NCBI GenBank assembly: GCA_026914245.1
Contig: CP110439.1
Location: forward strand, 3,906,001-3,970,000
DNA: 64,000 nt
Source of the DNA: Puccinia triticina
Taxonomy: Eukaryota
Reading direction: 5' to 3'
Notes under the pieces: generated by a model
The model's input: only the letters and a program-made list of their open reading frames with translations
Database searches by the model: none
What the model was told of the DNA's origin: nothing
Program-made: the position numbers and the translations under genes
Shown: piece after piece, positions 23,870-37,240 of the stretch
Layout: each line of letters starts with the position of its first letter
Numbering within the stretch: the first letter of the stretch is position 1

Positions 23870-26551
23870 CAGACTTACTGCGCGCACTGCAGAAAACTCT
23901 TTGCACACTGTGAGGGTCGTCGTCTCGACGTCCAGCCCCCAGTGCGCGCTTCTTCCACGGCTCTTCGCGCATTGCATTTTCCCCCGAAAAATCAGCTGGC
24001 ATTTCTTGAGATATTTTTTGATGAATCAATAGAATGGCTTTTTATGATCCCCCAAAAAAATAATCAAGTCATTTAGGGGTCTCCTTGAGCATAGAGAAAA
24101 TTGACATGAAAAAAATCATATTTTAACGCAACAAGCAGTTAAAAAACCACTTCCTGCAACCCAGTAGCCACAAAAACTTCATAGTACAATAGTGCATGTG
24201 CAATTTCACAGCCTGATAATTTTCAGAATTTTCACCAGCTTTCCTGTAGCTCAAATAGGTATTGTGTTCATTATTTTATGTATATGTATAACTTTTTGGT
24301 TACACACCAAAGGCACAAAATTTTGAGAGCACAGAGAAATATGCTTCAAACTAATTCCCTGAAATTCCTAGCAATAGTGTGTCATTATAAAATGAGATAT
24401 AAGGGGTGCGCGGCAGGCTTAGTAGGAAAACTACTGCTAACTGTATAGCTTTTTTGTTACACACCCAAACAGTCCCAAAATTTCAGAAATGTTTTCATTG
24501 TAGATATTCTCCGCGCCATCAATTTCTTGGCAATAGTGTGTCATGATAACATGAAATGTAGTGCGGCGGGCTTAGTAGGAAAATGACTGCTAACTTATCT
24601 CATGTTTAATGACACACTATTGCTAAGGGCCTGTACCATAGCTTTCCGCGGATTCACACCTCGGATTCCGAGCCGCCAAAAATACCGGTTCGTCAGGATT
24701 ATTTTCCCTGCACGGTTTCCCCGAGCTCAAAATCCGACCTGCTCCAAAAGGCGTACCATGGGACCACGGATTCATCAACAACTACCGGTCACCGGTACTG
24801 ACCGGTCAGCCAGAGCGGTACACACCGGCCATCGGGAACGTATTCCCCTCGATGGCAGGTCCGTTCGGTCATTGAGGGCTCCCTTCAATGGGCTGTCCTC
24901 TTGGTCATCAAGATGAGTATACACTCCTCAAGATGACCGGAACGAACCGGTCATCGAGAGGAGTATGTACTCCTTAAGATGACCGGAACAAACCGGTCAT
25001 CGGGAGGAGTATGTACTCCTCTAGATGGCCGGAATGAACCGGTCATCGGGAGGAGTGCATACCCTCTCAATGATCGGAACGAACCGGTCATCAATCTACT
25101 CCTCAAGATGACCGGTTCGTTCCGGTCGTCTTGAGGAGTACATCTTTCTCTCGATGACCGGTTCGTTCCGGATCTTGGGGAGTTACTCCTCTCGATGACC
25201 GGAACGAACCGGTCATCTCGAGAAGTACATCTTCTTCTCGATGACCGGAACAAACCGGTCATCGAGAATGTGGCGATTGACTATTGATGGTCGGTACAGA
25301 CCGGTCATCAACGGAGGTGTGGACTCCTATCAATCACCGGTCTCCACCGGCCATTGAGGGTGTAGAACCTACTGACCAGCCATCGGTGGAGGGTGTATGC
25401 ACTCCGCTCGATGACTGGCTTCGGCCGGCCATCGAGGGTGTAGTGAGCTGCTCTCGATGGCCGGTACTCACTCCATGGGTAGGGGAGGCGATACGAGGAT
25501 GTGCTGTGTATCTGATGGTGCGGGTGGCTGGGGAAGGCGTACATAATCCGAGGTGAAAAAAATAGGTCCGACCTATTTTTCCAAACTGAGGAAAACAGAC
25601 CATTTTCCTCGGATTATGAGGACGCCAATTAGGCGCTATGGTACTCCGGATTCTGGGTCGCTCGGATTTCACAGAAAGTTACGAATCCCGGGTGAGATCC
25701 TTGGAATCCGCAGGCTATGGTACAGGCCCTAAGAGCTTTATGGCGCGGATAATATGCAAACTTCAAACATTCCTGAAAATTTGAGACTGTTTCAGCATGT
25801 AAAAAAAAATCTATACATGTAGCAGCCATTTTCCTACTAAGCCCGCCGCACACCCCTTATATCTCATGTTATCATGACACGCTATTGCCAAGAAATTTAT
25901 GGCGCGGATATTATCCACAATGAAAAAAATTTCTGAAATTTTGGGACTGTTTGGGTGTGTAACAAAAAAGCTATACAGTTAGCAGTAATTTTCCTACTAA
26001 GCCTACCGCGCACCCCTTATATCTCATTTTATAATGACACAATATTGCTAGGAATTTCAGGGAATTAATTTGAAGCATATTTCTCTGTTCTCTCAAAATT
26101 TTGTGCCCTTAGTGTGTGTAACAAAAAAGTTATACATATACGCAAAATAATAAACGCAATACCTATTTGAGCTACAGGAAAGCTGGTGAAAATTCTGAAA
26201 ATTATCAGGCTGTGAAATTGCACATGCAATATTGTACTGTGAAGTTTTTGTGGCTACTGGGTTGCAGGAAGTGGATTTTTAAATGCTTCTTGCGTTAAAA
26301 TATGATTTTTTTCATGTCAATTTTCTCTAGGCTCAAGAAGACCCCTAAATGACTCAATCATTTTTTTGGGGGATCATAAAAAGCCATTCTATTAATTCAT
26401 CAAAAAATATCTCAAGAAATGCAAGCCGATTTTTTGGGGGAAAATGCAGTGCGCGAAGAGCCGTGGCAGAAGCGCGCACTGGGGGCTGGACGTCAGGACA
26501 ACGACCCCCACAGTGCGCGAAGAGTTTTCCGCAGTGCGCGAAGTAAGTCCG
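23870..26551. mobile_element. Non-coding foldback-type DNA element with ~700-bp TIRs and 8-bp TSD TATTTTTT
   Basis: 23870-~24600 is the reverse complement of ~25800-26551. TATTTTTT flanks both ends. Confidence 0.85.
24627..25729. mobile_element. PIF/Harbinger-type MITE with TAA TSD
   Basis: TIR GGGCCTGTACCATAGC / GCTATGGTACAGGCCC with TAA on both sides. Interior arrays of GATGACCGGAACGAACCGGTCATCG. Confidence 0.85.
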
Positions 26552-27175
26552 TATTTTTTTCCTGACTTATTAGACCTATTATATTATCCCCCGCGATCTT
26601 AGGGGGATAACACAGTATTTTTGCCCATCTTCCAGCACTTTCACGCCAGATAACGCGGTTAGCGCGCGTCGTTTGCGTTGTTTTTCGCGGTTTTGAGGGG
26701 GAAAGCCTCCTTTGTTACGTTATCCAAAGTACGTGCGCAGGCACATTTCACCAAGCAACAACAACACATTATCTGGTAACAGTGGGAAGTCACGGTAAAA
26801 AAATCCATCTGGATAACATAACTTCAGTAACTTCATTCTCCTCAGGAGGAAGTTGAATGTTTTGTTGCTCTGATTACGTCAGAACCAAGAAACCAGAGAA
26901 AGAAACTTTTGAAGCTGTGGTTGCCTCCACATCATGGAGAGCTTACAATCTGTAGAAAAATGGGGAAGAAGGAGGAGATGAGAGATTACTGGAAAAAGAG
27001 TGATTTGCTTGAAAAATCAAGTTCCTCCTGTGCCAAAGATCACCGCTTGCGGGCGCAGCAGGGACTGCGTTGAGCCCATTTTTGAGATTTTCGGGGCCCC
27101 GGGTGTGCGCGCCTCTACGCCAATGGTCCCCTTCTTGCGACAACTTCAGTCTCCAGCCAGCAACCAACATCCCCA

Positions 27176-29588
27176 ATGGACTCAGCGTCAGCATCCGCAC
27201 CAACGGACGACGATGTTTACGACTATCTGGCGGAACCGAATGAAAACTTGGTCTGCCCAATCTGCCGGTCAGTATACACCGTCGTGTCTAACATCAAATC
27301 CAGCCCCATGAAATACATATGTTTATCCATTCAAAATTCCCTCACTTATCTCGATCTCTCGCCGCCCCAGGAGCCCGTTCATCGATCCCGTAATGTGCGA
27401 ATCGACCGACCACGTCTTCTGTCGAATAGTAAGTGCCCACCACCTCGTCGCTAAAAACAGAACCATCTCCCAAGCTCTTGTTTTATTGTTGACCTCTTTG
27501 TACCTCTTCCTGCTCTGATCCAGTGTCTAATAAAATCCTTAGAAGTCTCTCCAACTTGTCCGATCGATCGTCTACCACTATCTCTTTCACTCGTCAGCCC
27601 AGCCCCCAAGATTATCAATAAGCTGGTCGATGAACTTCTGGTGTCTTGTCCCTTCAAGTCTAAACTTGGCTGTCCGTTCGTCTGTCAACGCGACCTCATA
27701 GCCGCACACCTTCGCTCCCATCAAGCTCAAATCGATCATCCAAATTTGGGTTCATCTATCTCACAGGAGCAAGATTCCCCACTTTATACTGGAACTTTTG
27801 CTCAAGAAGCTCCGCCCGATCAACACCCTTCATCCATATCATCCAATCAATTGAGATTTGAATGGATCTCCGGTCGAGCTACGTTGATACTTCATCCCCA
27901 AGATCGCCCTTCCCCGTCTCTCACTCACACGGTTAGTCCGCATCGTCGCCTGTCTATCAATCGCAACACCCACTGATCTATCTCTTGGCTGTCCGGAAAT
28001 GTCTTCTCTTCAGATCTCGACAGTCACCTCAACGGAAAATGAACCCGAGTTGAGCCATTGTCCATTTGAGAGGTTTGGGTGCTCGTTTGTGGGAACACCT
28101 GAAGTCATCAACCATCAGCACTTGACTGCGGCCTCAGAATCATCGGTTCCGGATGATGGCTCTCCTTGCCCATTCTTACACGTTCAAGAGATTCTATACT
28201 GGTTTGAACACTTGGAAGCGAGGAACGTCGAATTGAAAGAACAGCTCTCACAGTCGCTGGTCCAACGCAGCGAGCTCGCATCCGTCCTAGACAGCCTAAA
28301 GGCTAGTTTCCGCCAGCTATGGCTCTCTCAGCAATCTGCCGATCGCAACCTGCCCTTGAATCCGCCTACACACTCCTCGCTCCCATTCGCACCTAGCCCA
28401 CTGGCCTCCGCCTTCCCCCCTCCAGGATACCCAGACGAACTTTCTCCCACCCCACAGTCCAATCAGTCAACAATGATTCCCGATCCTAGCAGCCCGACCC
28501 GAAGATCTTCCGATAGCTTCCTTCACATGAACAGCTCCCGCATGAATTACGATAGTCTCAACGGTCATCGTCTCAAACATTTCGAATATTATCCATCCGC
28601 ATGTCCCAGCCAGTTTTACCGTGCCCTTGGGTCGCCATCCTCCTCATCGAAAATGAAGATCAGGGTCTCTTCCTTCCAGCGAAGGGGTGAAATCGTTACT
28701 CCCGCAACTGATACGCTTGAAAATAATTTAATCCAGCCGCTTCATGAATCTTCACTGGGGGTACCATCCCAACAGCGAACTTGCATTTCTTCACCGATTG
28801 GACAGCCGACTGTCCCTCCCAGACACCCCGTTTTACCCGATCCTGTAGTCAAATCATCTTCTGCGTCCTCTGTCTTCAATATCCAGTCCGCCAGTGATGC
28901 TGAGAGAGAAAACTCAAATAAACATTACGATAGACATCCTCACTTGTCCAAACAAGTCAGTATTCGTCAAGCAACTCTCCTATCCAAGACCATCTCTCAA
29001 GCACCACTATCAGAACCTACCAATGCAGGCCTATTGAGCCGCAAAATCGGCGAATTAATTGACACCATCCAAACCTCGTTAAGGGCTTGGAATCCTCATT
29101 GCCCAATTGCTTTACCTAACGACCTCGGTGCCAGTGATCGGCCGGCCGCGGAAAGGAGAAGGGGGATGAATGGACGAGCCGATGAGACTCTTGTGTGCGA
29201 CTCGACGCCTACCGATCGGGCCGATGAGACCAAGTGGATCGTCCCGAGTGACCGCCCGAGCGTGTTGAGCAGCTTGGAACAAATCGAAAAGCTGATGGGC
29301 AATCTAATTCAGCAAGGCCCACCCAGCCAATCGTCTACGAAGAGCTTCTTAGAAAACTCCTCGAATCGGACTTCTGAGCCCTCTTTTGAGTCTTCCTCAT
29401 CTTCTAGCTCTTCCTCATCTTCATCCGCTCCTGCTCCTTCTTCGGCCATCTCTCTCAAGCAACACCCTCCTTCATCTACCTCTTGCTCACACTCAAATAG
29501 CTTTCTTGATGACTTCCAATCTCCTCCAGGCCCTTCTCATTGCTCCGCCAGCTCCTATCCTTCCTCGATCAGACCCATGAAACTTTAA
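27176..29588 (+). CDS. RING-finger protein with TRAF/SIAH-like Zn fingers, coiled coil and Ser/Pro-rich tail (putative E3 ligase), ~710 aa, exons 27176-27267, 27371-27428, 27524-27931, 28014-29588
   Basis: Spliced product reads CPICRSPFIDPVMCESTDHVFCRICLIKSLEVSPTCPIDR, then CPFKSKLGC..HL and CPFERFGC. Canonical introns are in compatible phases. Confidence 0.88.
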
Positions 29589-29834
29589 ACGCACCATCAC
29601 ATTCACCTATACACCAAAAAAAGTCTGATCTGCAAATTACTTGTGTTTCTCTCTTCCCTCTTCTTCCTATGTGATGTAATTTTACTTGTTGTATTCTCAT
29701 GAAAAAACAAACTACTTGTATTTCTCTAGACCTGTAAATCTTTTTGTGTTTTTTAAAAACAGACGAGGTGTGTAGCTGAATGCACACATTTATTTGTGTA
29801 CAAGTGCTCAAAATCTCAAAAAAAATACAACTGC

Positions 29835-29900
29835 CACTACAAGAAAAACTCTAGAAACTGCCAGCAGTTGACATGCAACATAGTCCAGTGTAACTGCCAT
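29835..29900 (+). mobile_element. Orphan CACTA/EnSpm terminus
   Basis: CACTACAAGAAAAACTCTAGAAACTGC, homologous to the ends at 35573 and 37416. Confidence 0.65.
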
Positions 29901-31579
29901 TGTAACTCCACATAATTACATCATGCCCTTTCATATTCAACCTTGGTTGAAACAGCCATACTGGAATGATACAAAATGTGTTTTATTCTAAGGATTTTCA
30001 ATGACAACATGCCAATGAAAAATCCAATGAAGGGTAATAATGGGTAAAACAGCTCTAAGAATTTGAGATTGTTGAGGGTAACGTAGGTGACACAAGATCT
30101 AAGAGAGATGACAAGATGTCATGGACATGGTCCAGCACATTGAGTCAAGGTGTAATAATCATTCAGTGAGGAAGGATAACAGTAAAGAGAACAACTAGAC
30201 TATATACATGTATAATATAGGCTATGTTGTGGGTGTATAGGTTAGAAGCATACTACATAGGGAAATGCTAATACACTATTTCAACAGAGATAAAAATCCA
30301 AGAGTTGGTTGATGTCACAGAAACCCTTTCAGGACATCTACTGGCAGAGAGTGCTTTGCTAAGCCAAGTGATATCTGGATGGAGTGGAGGATCTAACTTA
30401 ATCCTCCCTTGCTTTGGAGGGCCCTGGTGTAGCCTGGCCTGGGCTGGGGCAAAGCACCCCTTGCCCGAAACACAAGACTCCAAAGGAAGCACTTGGAACT
30501 AATAATAGGGGGTTTCAAACATGGTGCAGGTCACTGATCAGAGGGGGGGATGCTGTCAGGGGCAACTTACAGGCTATGTTGACCCTGTGGGAGTAGATAA
30601 TTAGCCCTTTTGGTGGGGAATATTTTATAATCAACCTTACACAGCACCTTTTTTTCTCTAGTTTTCATTTATTCCTCAACCAATCTTGGTGACCTGCAAT
30701 CAAAATTGTAACTTCATGGGTCTTGGATTTAGCAAAGTGAAGCACGTGTAATACACAATGAAGCTGGGCACAAGTTGTTAAAGCTGTGAACTGAGGTCGA
30801 GGTTGGGAGGAAGGGAGGAAGGGCCCAAGGAACAACAAGCTCAGAAGGACTCTGAGTGAAAACAACAACAGGGGCCAAGGGAACACTCAAAGAAGGCAAA
30901 AGGTACTGCTAGCTTGTGTGGCGGAAAAGGGCACATGCTACAGGAGGTTGTATTCTGTAGAGACCTCAGGGAAATGCGTGCAGAAGAGCAGATGAGGTTT
31001 ATTTCTTCTGTAAAGCAGACACTGCATCCAATCTGCTGCCACGTGATAGGCGCGTGGGAGGGCCGCGGATAGCTCCTTGGCCCTCTGCCTTTAAGACTTG
31101 TTCAACAATGTTTTGAAAGGGAACCTAGTCCCCTCTTATTGCCTAGGGTGACCTGAAAGCTACCGTTGTAGCTCCTTGAGCCACCCAAGTATGGGATAAG
31201 GGGAGAGGATGCCCCTCTTCTCTTTCCTTACCTTCCCCTTGACTACCACTCTGCAGAGTGTATCACTAAGCGGGTTTGGAAGTGGAAATAGTGAGGAGGC
31301 ATGCTCTGCTACTCTTGTAGGTAGCATGTCTCATCCTCTTGCAAGATTCTTTTCACACAAAGGTCTGAGCCCAACCCATAACTCCAGGGCCTGGAGCCAG
31401 CTCAGACCCAACTCGCCCCTATCCCTGGTAACCCATGTCTGAGATCCGCCCATTACTCTAGGGCCTGTGACCTGGGGTTTGTCGCACACAGAATAACCCC
31501 CGGCGCCTTTGCTTTGTTCACATCAGAACCTTTTACAAATTATATTGCCCAAATCATATTGCCAGCTCTTTAGCCGCAT

Positions 31580-34500
31580 TCATTCTTCCTCTGTTGTTTG
31601 CGTGATTAACAATTCTAGGTCTCTCGGGACCTCAATCCGTAGCTGGTCGCGCCTCCGGTGTCCCAGCCTGATCCCGCTAGATAGCGTATTGGCTCAGTTC
31701 TCTGCTGATGTCACCCGTTTGCCACCAAGTTGATCTGAAATTTGATGAGTAGTTTTTGAATCTTTTTCCACTCCTTGTTCACAAATCGGTCCTTAGATTT
31801 CCTCTTCAAGACCACGCTTTTGGTAGAGGTGTTATCCGTCCACACAATAAAGGTCTTTCCTTTCCTTGCTCCCAGCTTCAATAACATTAGGAGTCCTAGC
31901 CGCACCGCCACTGTTTCAAGCCTTGAGATCCGCTCTTCTTCTAGTTTGCCGTCTATTTCTCTGTCCAATTCTTCCATGGACCAAAGTCAAAACTGGGCCC
32001 ACTTCCTTCCTATCAGCACTCCGATCCCATAGCCAGTCGATGCGTCCCCTACCCATCCTATTTCCGTTGGGTCTTGTCGTGCAATGAGTCGCGTATGGGT
32101 AAAGTTATTGAGTGTTGTCAGCCAAGTGTGCAGGTCCTCCTCAGCGTCTTTTGGTATTGGTCGCTTCCGTTCCTTATGCACCCAATCCTTCAACTATTGG
32201 TATAAGCTGCATAGATAACATTGGAGCTGCGGTAAAATATGCAAGACGTGATTCAATCTCCCGGCGATTATCTCTACTTCCCCATACAAAAAGGACGCCC
32301 CTATCTCAAGGAAGTACTGGATTTGAGTGATCCGCTTTGCCAGCTTTTCTTCTTGTAGGCGGACGGTTTTGTTGGTGCCGTTCCAAATGAACCCGACAAA
32401 CTTATGTTCTTCAAGAAATGGTGAGTATTTGTCCTTGTTTGTTTTCACTCCCAATTTGTCTGATCTTGCTACCACGTCCATCATTAGTGTTGGGGAGTCT
32501 ATTCTCTTGACAAAGAGGTTATTGTCTACCCAACGGAAGACTTGTATCACATTAAATTCCGCCAACATAATCTTTTTTGACACGTCCGCTGGCCGTCTGA
32601 AGGAACCGCACCCAGCCACTCCGCCAAAGGTTATCCATGTATCTAGTAGTATCCCTCCATTGAAGTCTTTCAAAGAATGGCAATTGACTTGGAGCTGTTG
32701 GGATCTGGCGGTAAGCCTTCTCCCAGTCAAAAAGGGCTAGCAATACTGGTTCTTTTTGGTTCTTGAGGAAGGACGCTACCGCCTCAAAATCATCCCACGT
32801 CGTCTGGAAGTCCGCCGCGTCCACAAAGGAGTTTACAGACGGGATTCTATCCTTGCCATGTGGGAATGACAAGTTGTTTATTGGCCTTAACAACCTGTCA
32901 CCGTTCACGACCACTCCAAGTGGGTTGGTCCTAAAGAATTCAAATTTTCCTGCTACTTGTTCAAGGCTAAAAGGACCAAACATCCTTTTGGCCTCTAGCT
33001 CTTTTTGAATTGATTCTTCTATCTTTGCCTTTGCAATCATTGCGGATGCGTGGTTTGGTGGAGTGTGCCAGGAGGTGGCTCCCAGTAAATGGTGGTCTGG
33101 AATCCCCTGGTCAAACCCATGTTGGAAGCCGTGTATCACGTCGCAGTACTTGGGGAGTAGGTTAGCCTTCTCCAGCACTTCCTCCCATTTCCTCACATTC
33201 ATCTCGCACGTTACCTCATCGGGCCACTCTCCGTTACCTAGTACGCTGCTTGGTTTCTCACCGGATTCCCCCTGGTCTTCCCTCTCCTTAATCCTGGGCA
33301 AGGGTTGCTCCTGCTCACTGGTAACCAAAGAAGGGAAACACACAAACGCAGCACACTCTGAGTTATTTCCCTTCCATCTGAATTCCTCCAAACATTAAAC
33401 ATTAACAGAGAGGGAGAGAAGGAAACAAATACGGGCTGTGCCCATGACAAAACAATCATAGAAACCAGCTAACTAATAGTTCCGAGATTTACTGTAACCC
33501 CCGCTACCCCCTGCACCTCCGCTCCCGCTTCCTCCTCCGCTCCCCCCTTGTGAACCCCCTCCATCACGTTCAACTTGTGTCGAGCTCCACCTGTTCCCTT
33601 TGTAGCCGCCTTGTCTCTGAGGTTGAGCCGATCCGCTGGGGCCTTTTGGAGTATCTGGGCCCGGTTTTGGGCCATTCTTTGCCAATTGGTGTTGCAGGTG
33701 GAGGGGGGTCTTTGTCGACTGATCATCCTTCTTCACCGGGGGTTGGCCTGTGGTTGGGTCCCATCCGAAACGGCATGCTCCGGCGGCGTATGGGTTGTAC
33801 GGGAAGTCCGTTTCACCAAACCTTATTGCTTTGGCGTGGACAGTTAGGAGGATCTCCTTCCTAAGCAAAGAGAAGTTCGCCACCAATAGTGTTCCATTCG
33901 GCAATGCAACCCGATGGGTTAGAGCATTATTCCGGACGTGGATATTGTATCTCAACGCCTTTATAAAGCCGTCTCTCCAAATCATCACGTCGGCATTCTG
34001 CTTGTGAGCCACCAGTCACGCCGCTAGATTTGCATGCGAAGGAATCCTCCGGACGGCCGCGAGGAATCCTTGATGATTAATCGACCATTCTTGATACGTT
34101 TGGAGATATTTGTTTGGGTAGGGATACCCCGTATACCGGTCCATGTATTGTCCAATTTCACCCTCTTCTCTGCTGTGTGCAGGATGGCTTTATCCTGCCA
34201 CGCCTCGTTAAAGATAGTCAGGGGCAAGGGGGCCCTGAATTTGGTCAACCTACACTCGAAGAATGGAGTGAATCCAAGGTCATCGTTGGTGGGGATGGCC
34301 GAGTCGTCAAAGATGACTGCTGTGCCTGCCTGCTGCGGGACGCCCGCCATCTCATTGTAATCCCTCACTCGTGAGGGGTTGTGCTGGTTTGGGGTCAGAA
34401 CTGTGAACCCTGGGATCAATAAGGGTGGGTCGGCCGTTCTGTGAGCCTGTCGTGGTTCTTGGGGGGGGAGTGAGGTGGGGTTATTGATGATGGATGAGAG

Positions 34501-35570
34501 ATCCAGATTGGGAAGCCGTTGGTTGTTGGTGATGGCATCGGTTTGGTTGAGGGGTTGTCCTCCGGTAACTGTTCCTCCTAGCCCCGCGCAGATCTGATAA
34601 AATATCAAGGCCTGGCCCGCCTGTGCCTTCTCTGACGCCCTTTTCGCCATCTTGATCATGTCCAACATTGCCCCCTGGAGATCGTGCCTGCCGTGCTCTA
34701 TTTGCGGGGTCCTGGCTTCCTCTCTCCCCATCTCAACTGCATCGTTGCTAAACGGGGTAAGCGTCGCAGACAATCTCAGCTACTGTGCCCCATCCTCCCA
34801 ACTATACCTTCCCAAACCGCCGGCCTGATTGACTTGAAATGCTTACCTGCCCCTGACCCGTGCGGCGCCTCCCTAGATCCTCCTCCAGTTCCCTCCCATA
34901 TTCCTAAGTCTATATCCCTTCCTCCCGCCGTCTCCTTCCCACCTCCATCTTTTGCTATCTCGATCTCTCCCCCCTCTTCATCTGGGGCCTTTGATGACAA
35001 GCGGGTTGTGATTTTCCTGGATGTTGATTTGGCAATTGTGACCTTCTTTGACTTTTTGGGTGGTGCCGTCTGTGGTTTGCCCTGCGCTACGCTTTTGACG
35101 GCCGTCCTGTCTGGCTGCTCCTCTTGATGTGCCTGCGTCCCTTGAGTTTGGCTTGCGTCCAATGGCCCGTCTGTGCCCTGCAACCTCGCCGTTGAAGATC
35201 CTACCCCTGCGGCCTGCTTTACGGCTGATGTGGTTTCTGCGATGAGATTGAACATAACCGTCAGTTTCTAACAGCAGATGCAAAAAATTCCTTCTTTGGA
35301 TCGGGAACTTGGGTCTGTCGGTTTGTGATTGGCAAGGGTTGCAGATTCTGAGGTTCCGGGACGGATGTGGTTATCCGGTACCGGTTGCTCCTAGATCGTC
35401 TAGGTTTGAGGATCTGGTTGCTGCGATCCCGACTGCGGAGCGTGGCGGCTCCCGTTGCCCAAGCGCGGACCTCCCCGCTCCCTAGTTCCCTTACCGCGCT
35501 CCCGCGCGGAGTAGCGCCTCTGAAGTTTACACGTCTTGGACTAGACCCACCTCCCGCTTTGCTTCCGGTA
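31580..35570 (-). mobile_element. Degenerate DIRS/Ngaro-like (tyrosine-recombinase class) retrotransposon: gag-like, RT, RNase H
   Basis: HGFDQGIP, PPNHASA, RMFGPF, DWEKAYRQIP, FGGVAGCGSF, WVDN (YxDD-like) and RNase H GDAS..E..WTDN, with frameshifts and stops. No protease or integrase seen. Confidence 0.8.
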
Positions 35571-35813
35571 AGCACCCAAGAAAAATTCTAGAAACTGCTT
35601 GCAGTTGAGATGCAGCAAGCTTGAATCAAGCCTCAGCTCAAGCTGGAGTCAAGCATCCAAATTCCGTGCTGGTGCACCTTGAGTGTATACCTTGTTCAGC
35701 ATCCCAATGGTGAACATTCTGTAGTGATCATGCAGTAGGCTGAGGCAAATGTTCAAGCTTGAAAATGAGCATCCCCCTGAGCACCCTTTTATTTTGTTTT
35801 ATTAAACACTCCA

Positions 35814-36809
35814 TGTCAGCCTTAGAGATACATCAAGTATCCAAAAGACTGCAATAACTTGGTAAATAATAATAATTATTAAATTATTATTGCAGAATCA
35901 GATTCCTCATCATAAATTAAGGGGGGTCACCCACTCAAAGTACCCCCTTATTCCTATTCCTTCATGTACTAATTGTATAAATAAGAATTGGCCCCAGAAA
36001 GCGCCCAAAAAATAGTATTACATACAAAAAATTAGTAAAACAAATAAAGTACATAAAAAAATAAACTGTTGTACAGTAAGGGTAAAAATTACTCGTGTAA
36101 AAATACCCCGTGAAAGTATTATGTAGACTTCTACTGAAGCTCTTCCACATGACAATTGGTTATAAATATGTCATGTGACAGAGTCAGGGAAATTAGTCTA
36201 TTACAATACACATAAATTGCCCACAGCCAAGCCCTTTTCACGGCTACACCCCTGGATACTCCCATAGGGAGAAAAGGACTCAGTGTTTACGCCCACTGAG
36301 GTCCCCTCTATAAATAGAGACCTATTTGGCCCTCAGAAAAAGATCCCCCAGACCATTCACCGCCCATAAACTGTAAGTTTGCCGTGAATATTCTCCTCTG
36401 CTACTATTGTAGCCACTTTTCATTATAAACCATCCCCAGCACGTAAAATACACTGGATTAAACCCTTTAAAGCATCAAAAAATCCCTTATTAGCATATTT
36501 AAAGCTTTATCCTTATAAGTAGTTGCCGTAAGACCACTGCCTCTGTCAAGCAGCCAATCAGTTTAAGCGCTTACCACCTACTTTTTACGCCAAATTAATT
36601 CCCTGTAATTAATGATTACATATTATTAATTACATAATTAATCCCTCCTCTGTTACAGAGTGTAAAACCCTTGTAGTGGCCATATTTACCACGTAACAAG
36701 TTTGGTAATTTAAATTACCAGTGTTTAAATCAGTACAGTTATAGTACTAGGGCCCAAAACCCTTATTTTGACGGGTTTTCTGCCCTAAGTTTCATAAACA
36801 GAGCTGTCA
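35814..36809. mobile_element. Solo LTR (~996 bp) with CTCCA TSD
   Basis: TGTCAG...TGTCA flanked by CTCCA at 35809-35813 and 36810-36814. Confidence 0.85.
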
Positions 36810-36839
36810 CTCCATGTGCCATTGAATCCAGCCAGAATA

Positions 36840-37240
36840 ACATATAAAGGGTGTGTACGCATGAAAGGGATATGTACATAAGAAATGAATATGTAAGCAT
36901 GAAAGGGGAATTTGAGAAGGTGTATGAAAACATAAAAGGGATATTTACACATTATGAAAGGGGTATGTATGCATGAAAGGGGTTTGTATGTATGAAAGGA
37001 GTATGTGCAGTAAGGGGTATTTACACATGAAAGGGATATGTAAACATCAAAGGGGTATGTAAACAGCTGAATGATGAAAGGGGTATTGAAAGGGATGTAA
37101 AAAACTCAAAGGGGACATGTAAACATGAAAGGGGTATGTGCACAGAAAGGGGTATGGACACATTATGAAAGGGGTGAATGCATAAAAAGGGATATGTGCA
37201 CATGAAAGGGGTATGTGCACATGAAAGGGGAATTTGCACA
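36840..37240. repeat. Degenerate ~19-bp minisatellite (ATGAAAGGGGTATGTGCAC)
   Basis: About 20 diverged units inside the CACTA-like element. Confidence 0.85.
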
